Program-made: the position numbers and the translations under genes
In this document: positions 20,323 through 28,526 of the stretch, piece after piece
How the letters are laid out: each line of letters begins with the position of its first letter
Numbering within the stretch: position 1 is the first letter of the stretch
The notes under the pieces: generated by a model
What the model was told of the DNA's origin: nothing
Database searches by the model: none
What the model saw: the letters and a program-made list of their open reading frames with translations, nothing else
Assembly: GCA_010909165.1 (NCBI GenBank)
Contig: VJWM01000375.1
Span: 1-28,526, forward strand
Direction of reading: 5' to 3'
Source: Anthoceros angustus
Taxonomy: Eukaryota > Plantae > Anthocerotophyta
DNA: 28,526 bases

Positions 20323-20630
20323 AAATCCGAGCGGCATTCGTGCGGTACGGGCGAAATCTCGACCCGCCCGAAGTGCGAGCAACCGGCGAAACCCCACACC
20401 GCGAAACCGCGGAAATAGGTTAAACCAACCTAATAAACGGAGTTACTCCTTGTTCCCTTCTAGGAACGCAAGGCGAGTTTATTGGGCGCCGATGCCTTCG
20501 CGGCGCGATCAAACTACTCACCGCCGCGCACCTCTCGGCCGACCATTTACACCCGACCGCGATGACGATGACCGACACGGCCAACCGTGGGTAAGGATTC
20601 AAAAGCGGTTTTGAAACGTTCCGCGACGTT
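20323..20630 (+). repeat. ~310-bp palindrome-rich non-coding element, copy 2
   Basis: Direct repeat of 17382-17701, with the inverted-repeat arms retained. Confidence 0.9.
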
Positions 20631-20752
20631 GCACCCGCGGCCGGTACGGTTCAGAGCGCTGATCAGCGATGGTTCGGACCGCCGCGACGACCTCACGAAC
20701 CACGAAATGGGTCTCGACTGACACAACTGCGCATTCTGTTCGGTCGAGTCGA

Positions 20753-21389
20753 TCACACACACCCGACGCTTGGATGAAGTCTGCTTCGATGTCGTAGATG
20801 CGACGCATCGCGCCAGCGATAGCCCTTCGTGCCGGGAGTACCTCACGCCTGGCGGCAGAGACACGCCTCTGGGCCTCCGTGAAGTTCCCCTGTTCCACCA
20901 AATCGAGCACGCCACCCGCCTCGGCCGTTAGCCAACTCGTGACGTTGTCAATGGCCTCCAACATCATGCTGTCGGTCAACGACATCTGGGTGAACAGCGT
21001 GTCCATCATAGACACCTCTTCGGGCTGAAGGATGCGCTTGAACCAAGGCGACAGGTATCGCGTGAAGATGTTATAGATCCTCCGCAGTGGCCACGGGCGG
21101 CGTTCATCCGCGCGTTGAGCTTACCGCCTTCAAGTTCGAGGAGCGTCGTTCGCTCGCCGGCGACCTCCTCGGGTTCGAGGGTCAGGGCAAGGTACTTCGT
21201 CAACTCCTCCTCGAGCGCCAGGTAGATCTTTGAAATCTCGCTGAGAACGGCCAACAACTTCGACGCCGCTGGATCGGGCTGACTGACCAGTTTGGACTTT
21301 ACGACTTGGATGAGTCCGAGCTTGTCCGAGATATCGACCAGATCCTTAGCCTGGAACATGGGTTTCGTCTCCTGGTCAGGCATTGTCAT
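20753..21389 (-). CDS. all-alpha-helical hypothetical protein
   Basis: GGAGG RBS. ORFs 21006-21389 and 20599-21015 join via ARGHC-RIYNIFTRYLSPWF. Likely stop near 20753. Lower GC than flanks. Confidence 0.75.
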
Positions 21390-21439
21390 GCCCCTCCAGT
21401 GCCCGAAGAATGCGTGCTAGCTATGGGTGGATGGCAGGC

Positions 21440-21770
21440 GAAATCGCCCACCAGGGCCGATCACGCCGAGACACTACTCTCATGACTCTCGACGTCACCC
21501 ACACGGAGGTGGTGGCACAGGGACACTGCCACGGACCCGGTGCTGGGAACTCGATGCGGAGGAACGGCATACCATGGCCTCGTCTTTGTGGATGACGGCG
21601 GCAAGATGGGGCTTACAGGTATCGTGGTGAGAACAAGGTGGCAAGCCAGGACTACGTCACTGGCATGGAAGCGACGGCGGCCGAGTGCTGGTTCTGTGGC
21701 CTGAAGGTGAACGACTACGAAGAGATCGACTACCTGCGGCTCAACGAGGAATCGAGTAGACCCGGATTGA
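21440..21770 (+). pseudogene. C-terminal gene remnant with CxxC
   Basis: ...DYVTGMEATAAECWFCGLKVNDYEEIDYLRLNEE; no clear start. Confidence 0.35.
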
Positions 21771-21791
21771 GCCGAGGGCCGGACGACCGCT

Positions 21792-22144
21792 TCACCCCGC
21801 CCAGGCACGATGCACCGGTGCAACTCCACCCAGCACGCCGTGATGTCGGTCGTGTCCAGGCCCAACTCGTCCGCCAGTTCGTAGAACCCCGGTCCCGGTT
21901 CCATGTCGCCGTCGCGGTGGACCACCAACGCGGTCATCATCCTCGCCCGGCTTCCGCCTCCTCCACCGACACCTCACGAAGGAACCACCGATTGAACGGC
22001 GGGTCGCCGGCGTCGAAGGGAGGGCGGTGATCTGCCCGGCCGGTCGGAGTACGCCATCATCCCGCACCGCGCCCGCCGGGCGAGGATCTCCTTCGCCTCG
22101 GCCTTCGCCGCCTCCCAGGCCGCGTCATCGAAGCCGTAAGGCAC
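21792..22144 (-). CDS. conserved hypothetical protein, putative winged-helix nucleic-acid binder
   Basis: GGAGG RBS with GTG start. MPYGFDDAAWEAAKAEAKEILA...MAYSD..GQI...LREVSVEEAEAGRGMMTALVVHRDGDMEPGPGFYELADELG...CW. Confidence 0.75.
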
Positions 22145-22161
22145 GTCTCACCTCCGCGGGT

Positions 22162-23044
22162 TCAACGGTCAAGGGATTGCTCGGATGGCCTCAAACGACA
22201 CGTTCCCGCCTTCAGTACCCGCAACTCACTCGAGCAACTCCCGCTCCGCACCAGACAGTGATGCGGCCGGAGGGGCCGATCAGCGCGAGAAACCGCGTAC
22301 GCCAGCCGACCAAGAAGAGATACGACACCTGCTCGATCGCGGGCAACCGCTCGGCCACCTCCGCCACCTTGTGGACGTCGATGAAGGCGACGCCGTGGGC
22401 CACGTCGAGGCGGACCGAGTAGCTGTCGTCGATCCACCGGTCTGTCCCGCGATCACCGGCCACCCCGCACGGCCCCCACAGCGTCTTGAAGCACTCCCAC
22501 ACCTGACTCTTGCATCCATTCTTGGCCCGCTGCTGGTCGATTGCCAGGACGGACTGGTAGAACTTGCCGGCCACGATCTCGATGACATTCCAGAACGCCA
22601 GGAACTTGTCGAGCGGGTCGTCCGTCGTCAGCCTGCGATACCAGCCGAGACTCCGCAACAATGCGGGACCGCCCTGCCTCAGGCTATGGGCCTCGTGGAA
22701 GGCGGCCTCGAACTCCTCCCGTTCGATGATCCGTTTGACGTCGTGACGCGGGGCGGAGGGCCGCTCCCGCTCGGTCAGGCTGAGGTCCATCGGCCGGTTC
22801 ACCGCGAGCGTGAGCGCGTCCAACATGTGGCCGAAGTAGACCGCCGCTGTGTACGCGATTACGTGGTCGGTGCCCGAGCGGTGACGGTCGCCTTGAGGCC
22901 GGAGGGGATGTTGGTGATTTCAATGTCGCTGTAAAACGGGTCGTCAACCCGGAACCCCTTCTGTTGGGTGGTGACGACCCGGCGTTTGACGGTGACCGGG
23001 CCGTCAACGTACAGGCTCACCTCCCAGGTGGGCGTATCCGACAT
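22162..23044 (-). CDS. HEPN-domain protein (MauJ/ApeA-like), putative RNase
   Basis: GGAGG RBS. LLRSLGWYR...DPLDKFLAFWNVIEIV (HEPN N-terminal helices with conserved E) and RLDVAHG (R-x4-H motif). Confidence 0.75.
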
Positions 23045-23161
23045 TCTCACACCTCCACCGCCGACCCAAACTATCATCCGGCCAGTGGCTTCGAGGACCA
23101 CCCCGCACGATGTGATCCCACACCGACCGAGATCCAACGCAGGAACACAATACTGGTGGGG

Positions 23162-23697
23162 TCAGCCGGCGGCCGGCTCGAAGATCTTCAGCTTCCGCCT
23201 CGGCCGCACCCCTCGCCTTCTTCTTGGCCAACAGGCGGAAGGTGCGGACGGCGTCGGCCAACCTCTTTTGGGCGACGGACAGCGTCTTTCCCGCGGCCCG
23301 CACCCCAACGTGTTCCGTCGGCTGGGCGGCCATCACCGCCGCCGGTGGTGGGCCGGTGCGACACCGCCACCAGCGACCCCACCACCCGGTCGAGCACGGA
23401 CGGCGTGTCGCCCACCAGCTCCGCCCGCAGCGCGGCCGCCTCGTCCCGCGCCGTCTCGGCCAGCGGGTCGCCGCCGCCACGCCCGCCTTCGGCCCCTTCG
23501 GCCGCGCCAGCGCCTTGAACTCCCTTTCAACTCCGGGAACACCTCCACCCACTTGGCGATGCTGTCCACCGCCTCGGGTGCCCCTGGCTGGCCCGCACGC
23601 CGAGCATTTTGACCATATGCCGCGCCCCGGCCACCGTGCCGTACCGCCGCCGCGGTTTCGCCCGGCCGTCGCGTCCGTCGCCCCTTCCTTTCGCCAT
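23162..23697 (-). CDS. hypothetical protein, helical, element-associated (gene X)
   Basis: GGAGGAG RBS. ...LRAELVGDTPSVLDRVVGSLVAVSH...AQKRLADAVRTFRLL...RKLKIFEPAAG*. Confidence 0.7.
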
Positions 23698-23991
23698 GAC
23701 TCTCCTCCACCGCCGGTAGCGGTGCCCGGTGAGCACCAGCCAGGCGGCGGACAGGATGAACGCCCGCGGACAACTCGGCCGCCAGCCGGTCGGCGTCGGC
23801 GGTGGCCTCCCGCTCGGTGCTGACCTGGGATTGCACGTGTAATTTGGTCTGCCGCCGCTGTTCGACGGCGGCGGCGGCCAGCTTGCCGGCCGTGCTGCGG
23901 CCGTGGTACACCTTCTTGACACCGAACGGGGTGCGAACGGACTCGTAGAAGTAGCCGGACGACGGCCCCGCCGCTTCTTGTCCCACCCCAC
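23690..23991 (-). CDS. hypothetical protein, basic (gene Y)
   Basis: GGAGG RBS with GTG start. MGWDKKR...GYFYESVRTPFGVKKVYHGRSTAGKLAAAAVEQRR...LVLTGH.Y..W. Translationally coupled to gene X. Confidence 0.7.
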
Positions 23992-24337
23992 GGCCGATCC
24001 TCCCGGTTGCACCACCACTTCGGACTACCCGCATTCTCCTTGATGACGGCGTGACGTCGCCAGGGCAACGACGGCGTCGAGGCGACCGAGTTGTACCACA
24101 TCAACAAGTCGGGCACACAGAACGTGGTGGACGCCAAGAACCTGTTCGACGCACTCCGCACGCAGCAAGCGATCCAGGCGCCAAACACCGTCCGGCAGAA
24201 AATTGGTCGAGTGACTGTACGGGACGCCGCTGGCAGCAAGCGAAGGCGGTGCCGTGGTGGGCTATTCGGCCCGGCGAATAGAATGTCCGTTGAGTGACCG
24301 GACCCATACTTGCCGGTCGCATTCAGCCTGCTGAGCA

Positions 24338-25262
24338 ATGGCTGAGCCGGCGGTGCGACGTGAACGCCGAAACTCCACCTCCCGTACCTGAGTACCTTCT
24401 CGAAAGCAGCCGAGTTGAGTAGTTTCACCGCCGCGGCGAAGGCGCGGGGGCTGACACGGCGGTCAGCCAACGCATCCAACTTCTCGAACGTTCACTGAAC
24501 GTGAGCCTGTTCTCCGCCGTGGCGGGCGGGTAATTGTCACCGAGGCGGGGCAGACGCTGTACGCCTACGCCCAGCGGATCGACGACCTTCTCCGTGAGGC
24601 ACGGCGGGCGGTATCGGGGCACGAGACGCCGCCGCCGGCGACCTCGACATCGCCGCGAGTTCCGTTCCCGGAGAACACCTTCTGCCCGCCGTACTCGCCG
24701 GGTTTGGTCGGATGCACCCGCACATCCGGGTGAGGGGCCTGTCACCGACAGCCTGGCCGTGACCACACTGGTCGAGCGGGCGAGGTGAGCGTGGGGTTGG
24801 TCGGGCGGAAGGTGGACCGGCCGCACCTAGAGTTCCGTTACCTGGCGAGCGACCGGCTGGTGCTGGTCGCACCGGCAGATCACCCGCTCGCCCGCAAGAC
24901 ATCGGTGACGGCCGACCAACTGGCCGAACACCCGCTGGTGGTGCGGGAGGCCGGATCGGGGTCTCGGCATTGCTTCGAGCAGCGCTGGCGCGGGTCGGCG
25001 GTCGGTCGCCGACTTGCGGGTGGTCCTCGAACTGGGGAGCAACGAGGCGATCCGTGACGCCATCCGTAAGGGGTCGCCGTTCTGTCGGTGTATGCCTTCG
25101 ACTGTGACCACGATGCCGGCCGACTTGTGGCCCGTCCGTTGACGGCCTTTGCAGCGAACGCGACATGTTCCTGGTGTTGGACCGCCGCCGGGTGTTGCCC
25201 TGCCATCCCGCCTGTTCTTGAACTTCATCGAATCCCATCCGATTCCGGCTCATCCGTCATAA
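24338..25262 (+). CDS. LysR-family transcriptional regulator (CysL-like)
   Basis: LSTFSKAAELSSFTAAAKA.GLT..AVSQRIQLLERSL HTH; IAASSVPGEHLLP; REAGSGSR; LELGSNEAI. Confidence 0.92.
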
Positions 25263-25362
25263 GCGGCGCTGCCCGCCTCCGATCCTATCAGCGAAGGCCG
25301 CTCACGCCCCGTTCCGCCTCAGTGTAACTTGCCCCAGACGGTTCCCACCTTCCGGAGCGGCA

Positions 25363-25831
25363 ATGATGTTACGGACCATTTCCGGAGTGGCGTTGGCGGC
25401 CGCACTCCCCCGTGCCCCTGTCACCCGGCCACGAGAAGGAGAAGAACACGACGGCGCGGCCGTCCACCGGCCGGACGACCTCAAGTGGCAAGACGGCCCA
25501 CCCTCCCTCCCGCCACCAAGATCGCCGTTCTCGAAGGCGATCCGTCCAAAGAGGGGCCGTTCGTCTTCCGGGTCAAAGTGCCGGACGGCTACCGCATCCC
25601 GCCCCACACCCACCCCAGGCCCGAACGGGTGACGATCATCTCCGGCACCTTCCACCGGGCATGGGGAGGCGTTCGACGAGAAGAAGGGCGGCCCGCCGGC
25701 ACCTACGGGACGTGGCCGGCGGGGATGAAGCACTTCGTCTGGGTGAAGGGCGAGACGGTGGTGCAGTTTCACGGCGACGGCCCGTGGGTGATCGAGTACG
25801 TCAACGCGGCCGACGACCCCGCAAGAAGTGA
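25363..25831 (+). CDS. secreted cupin-domain protein (DUF4437-like)
   Basis: Signal-like start; LEGDPSKEGPFVFRVKVPDGYRIPPHTHPRPERVTIISGTF...PAGMKHF...HGDGPW. Confidence 0.88.
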
Positions 25832-25915
25832 CTCGCGCGGGTGTGAGGTCCGTGCAGCCGAGTCGGGGACCGCTTCGCGGTGGTCCGCTCCGCAATCACA
25901 CGAAGGGGGACCGAC

Positions 25916-26498
25916 ATGCCGTGGGTTCGACCGTGCCCGACGATCAGGCGGCCGGGTTGCTCGTCGATGTCTACCGGAAGCGCGGGGAGCGGGCCGGGAA
26001 GGTGCCCAACATCACGAGGTTGCAGAGCCTCCGGCCGGAGACGACGGCCCGCGGGTTCGACCTGTACCTGCCAGGTGATGGACGCCCCGACCGGCATCAG
26101 CCGGTGGGAGCGGTGCTCGTCGCCACAGTCGTGTCGAAGGTGAACGGCTGCCTGTACTGAATGGAGTCGCACGAGAAAGACCTCCGGTCGGTGGTCGCGA
26201 GCGATTCCCAGCGACAGGCGGTTCAGGAGGACTACCGCACGGCCGGACTGACCGCCCGTGAGGTGGCCCTGCTCGACTACGCGGTCAAGCTGACAAAGAT
26301 CCCCGCACGGTCGGTTGCGCCGACCTCGACGCTCTGCGGGAGGCCGGTTACACGGACGAGCAGTTGGTCGATGCCGTGCAGTGCATCGGATACTTCAACT
26401 TCATCAACCGCGTCCTCGACGGCCTGGGAGTTGACCCGGAGCCGGGAATGCGGTACGCCGATCCGCCGGCCGGGGACGCATCGTGGAGGCGACAATGA
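25916..26498 (+). CDS. AhpD/carboxymuconolactone decarboxylase-family peroxidase-related selenoprotein (CxxU)
   Basis: ...LVATVVSKVNGCLY-TGA(26158-26160)-MESH...LLDYAVKLT...GYFNFINRVLDGLGV. The TGA sits at the second Cys of the CxxC..H motif and is followed by a SECIS-like hairpin. Confidence 0.88.
26161..26208 (+). promoter_or_regulatory. candidate bacterial SECIS element
   Basis: Lower stem GGAGTCGC/GCGATTCC; upper stem GACC-T-CC/GG-T-GGTC with GGTC apical loop 25 nt after the UGA. Confidence 0.7.
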
Positions 26499-26814
26499 AA
26501 CTCGGCCTCGTGATTTGCTCGAACGACCCGGAAACCGTGTGGAATGCGTTCCCGTTCGGCCACCACGCCATCAAGCACGCCGGAGGTGAGGTGAGGGTGT
26601 TCCTGCTCGGTCGCGGTGTCGAAGCCGAGTCACTCGACGCCGGGCGTTCCGGGTCAACGAACAGATGCACCAGTTCGTCGCCGCGGGGAACGATCCTCGC
26701 ATGCGGCACCTGCCTGAAGAGTCGCCAGGCCGGGGAAGCGAGATATGCCCGGTTTCCACTATGGCCGACCTGCACAGACTGGTCGTCGCGTCCGACAAAG
26801 CGCTGACCTTCTGA
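26495..26814 (+). CDS. DsrE/DsrF-family sulfur-relay protein
   Basis: ATGA overlap. MKLGLVICSNDPETVWNAF...VRVFLLGRGVE...ILACGTCLKSR...CPVSTMADL..LVVASDKALTF*. Confidence 0.9.
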
Positions 26815-26861
26815 CTCATTCTCCGTGGCCGACGACGGCGACGCCCTCCCCAGGTGCCAAC

Positions 26862-27660
26862 ATGACCCCGCCCGTCATCGACATAGATGCTCAGGGCCGC
26901 CTGAAGGCGACCTGGATGGCGGGTGACTTCGGACTCATCGCCAAGAATTACGAGTCCGGCGGCGGAGTTCGTCCGCCGTCTCGGACTCGTCCCCGGTGTC
27001 CAGGTTCTGGCGTGTGGAACTGGGAATCTGACCCTGCCGCCGCGGACCGGGGCCGAGGTGATTGGGGTGGATATCGCTACCAACCTCCTGGATCAGGCTC
27101 GAAGCCGGAGTGAGACCGAAGGGTTGAACGCACGGTTCGACGAGGGGATGCCGAGAAACTGCCTTATCCTGATGCGAGCATCGACGCCGTCATCAGCATG
27201 TTCGGGGTGATGTTCGCGCCCGCCGGAACTCGCAGCCGCCGAGTTGCTCCGCGTCTGCCGTCCGGGTGGTCGAGTCGCGCTGGCGAACTGGACCCCTGAC
27301 GGGTTCGTCGGGCAGATGTTCAAGACGATTGCCGGCCACGTCCCGCCGCCGGCCGGGGCCTCGCCACTCCTGTGGGGGACGAGGCAACGGTCCGCGGGCG
27401 ATTGGGTAGCGGGAGTTCTGACCTGCGGACAACGCCCCGGACGATTGCGTTCGAGTTCCCCTTTCCCGGCGGAGGTGGTGGAGTTCTGGCGGGTCTACTA
27501 TGGCCCAACGAACCGAGCGTTCGAGGCCCTGGCCGACGTTCCGGCCAAACAGGCGCGCTGCGGGCCGACTTGGAGAAGCTGTGGGCGAACCAGAACCGAG
27601 CGTCGAGCGGGGCACGAGTGGAGTTTGGAGATGGTCGCGCTCAAGGCTCCCACGCGATGA
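26862..27660 (+). CDS. class I SAM-dependent methyltransferase
   Basis: [11 protein letters not shown]...VL(D)ACGTGN...GVDIA...GDAE.LPY...SMFGVMFAP...[16 protein letters not shown]. Confidence 0.9.
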
Positions 27661-27734
27661 CCGAACGGGGTAAGCTGTGAGCGGTCAGGGCGATAGCTCC
27701 ATCGTTTTCACCTGCGGTCTCCTCCTACTGCCCA

Positions 27735-28085
27735 ATGAGCGGGTCATCATCCGACAAGCCAGGAGTAATTGCCCCGCCCCGCTGGTGTACCGTGTGGGGC
27801 TTGGGGCGGGCTTCTGTTCGACCGGCTCGTTCCGGGTTACGAGCTTCCGGGTGGGGTTTTCCAGATCGTCGGCCTCGGACACGTCCCGATCGGCGTCTTG
27901 CTCCTCGCCTGGGCGGTCGTCTCGATGAGGCGGGCGAAGACGGCGGTCAACCCGTACAAGCCCTCGTCCGCGGTCGTCAGGAGTGGTCCATACCGATTCA
28001 CCCGGAACCCGATTTACCTGGCCGACGGCGTCTTGTACGTCGGCCTCTCACTCGCGCTCCGGTCGGCCGCGGCTTTGGTCCTTCC
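27735..28085 (+). pseudogene. isoprenylcysteine carboxyl methyltransferase (ICMT/PEMT-family) membrane protein, 3'-truncated
   Basis: MSGSSSDKPGVIAPP.LVY...TAVNPYKPSSAVVRSGPYRFTRNPIYL. The C-terminal EE..L...FG..Y segment is absent. Confidence 0.8.
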
Positions 28086-28460
28086 ACGGCGTCCTCGTTG
28101 CACAGCACCGGGGTGACGTTCCGCAGCTTCGCCTCGCGGCAGGTCTTCTGCACGTGTTCCAGGAACTTGGGTGAGATGTCCGCCGCGTACACTGCCGTCG
28201 TCGCCCACCGCCTTGGCGAACAGGCGGGTGTGCACTCCGGTGCCGGCCCCACATCGGCCACCACCATGGCCGGCTTCACCCGCACGCCGCCACCACCTTC
28301 TCCCGCTCCACGTACACCTCCCGGCTCTCCCCTCGAAGGTGTTCTGTACCTCCACGTCCGGGTTCTTGAACGGGTCGTTGATCCCCGGCCTCACGCTCTT
28401 CTCCTGGGCGGTGGAGGACACGGCCAACAGCACCAGAGAGACGGGAAGGCAGCGCATCAC
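28082..28460 (-). pseudogene. secreted class I SAM methyltransferase, 3'-truncated
   Basis: Signal peptide, then QEKSVRPGINDPF...FEGESREVY...VADVGAGTG...VYAADISPKFL...VLCNEDAVE, ending abruptly before motif IV. Confidence 0.8.
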
Positions 28461-28526
28461 GGCACCTCAAGATCCTGGGGAGGGACGATTCAGGCGGGGC
28501 TTCGGCCAGCGGGATCACGGTATCGG

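Larger units (their letters stand above)
8430..24000. mobile_element. integrative element inserted at tRNA-Arg; right boundary not seen
   Basis: att remnant, integrase, excisionase, primase-polymerase, iteron-like repeats and cargo genes. The matching intact tRNA is not in the window, so the element may extend further right. Confidence 0.75.

Noticed and set aside
17382-20630. Composite transposon or IS ends
   Set aside because: The repeats are direct and diverged, with no transposase and no visible target duplication.
8430-24000. Complete prophage
   Set aside because: No recognisable terminase large subunit, portal, capsid, tail or lysis genes in the window.
24051-24297. Possible gene fragment (LYHINKSGTQNVVDAKNLFDALR)
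   Set aside because: Protein-like, but no start, RBS or recognisable family; too weak to call.
1-28526. Pervasive frameshifts read as mass pseudogenisation or programmed frameshifting
   Set aside because: Small indels hit nearly all genes while motifs stay intact and in-frame nonsense codons are rare. This is typical of long-read consensus error.

Overview
GC-rich bacterial DNA, most likely a Gemmataceae-type planctomycete, judging by several protein families I recognise from that group. Nearly every gene carries 1-2 nt indels. These are best explained as long-read consensus errors, so I reconstructed genes by joining frames, and many boundaries are approximate. Layout: (1) 88-8429 is an ~8.3 kb island of small genes (RRM protein, sensor-less histidine kinase, Zn-ribbon and lineage-specific proteins) bracketed by two copies of a tRNA-Arg 3' end (att-like). 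(2) From 8430 to at least ~24000 is an integrative element with a tyrosine integrase, a convergent excisionase, an AAA-ATPase/HTH gene flanked by two paralogous unknown genes, a Prim-Pol/PriCT primase, an unknown C-terminal-HTH protein followed by three iteron-like repeats, a duplicated ~310-bp palindrome-rich non-coding element, and cargo (secreted clan-A-like glycoside hydrolase, HEPN/MauJ-like protein, unknowns). I see no capsid, terminase or conjugation genes. (3) 24338-28526 is a LysR-cupin-AhpD-like selenoprotein (CxxU, in-frame TGA plus SECIS-like hairpin)-DsrE-methyltransferase cluster, ending in two convergent genes that are both cut at one junction. No intact tRNA, rRNA or CRISPR array was found.
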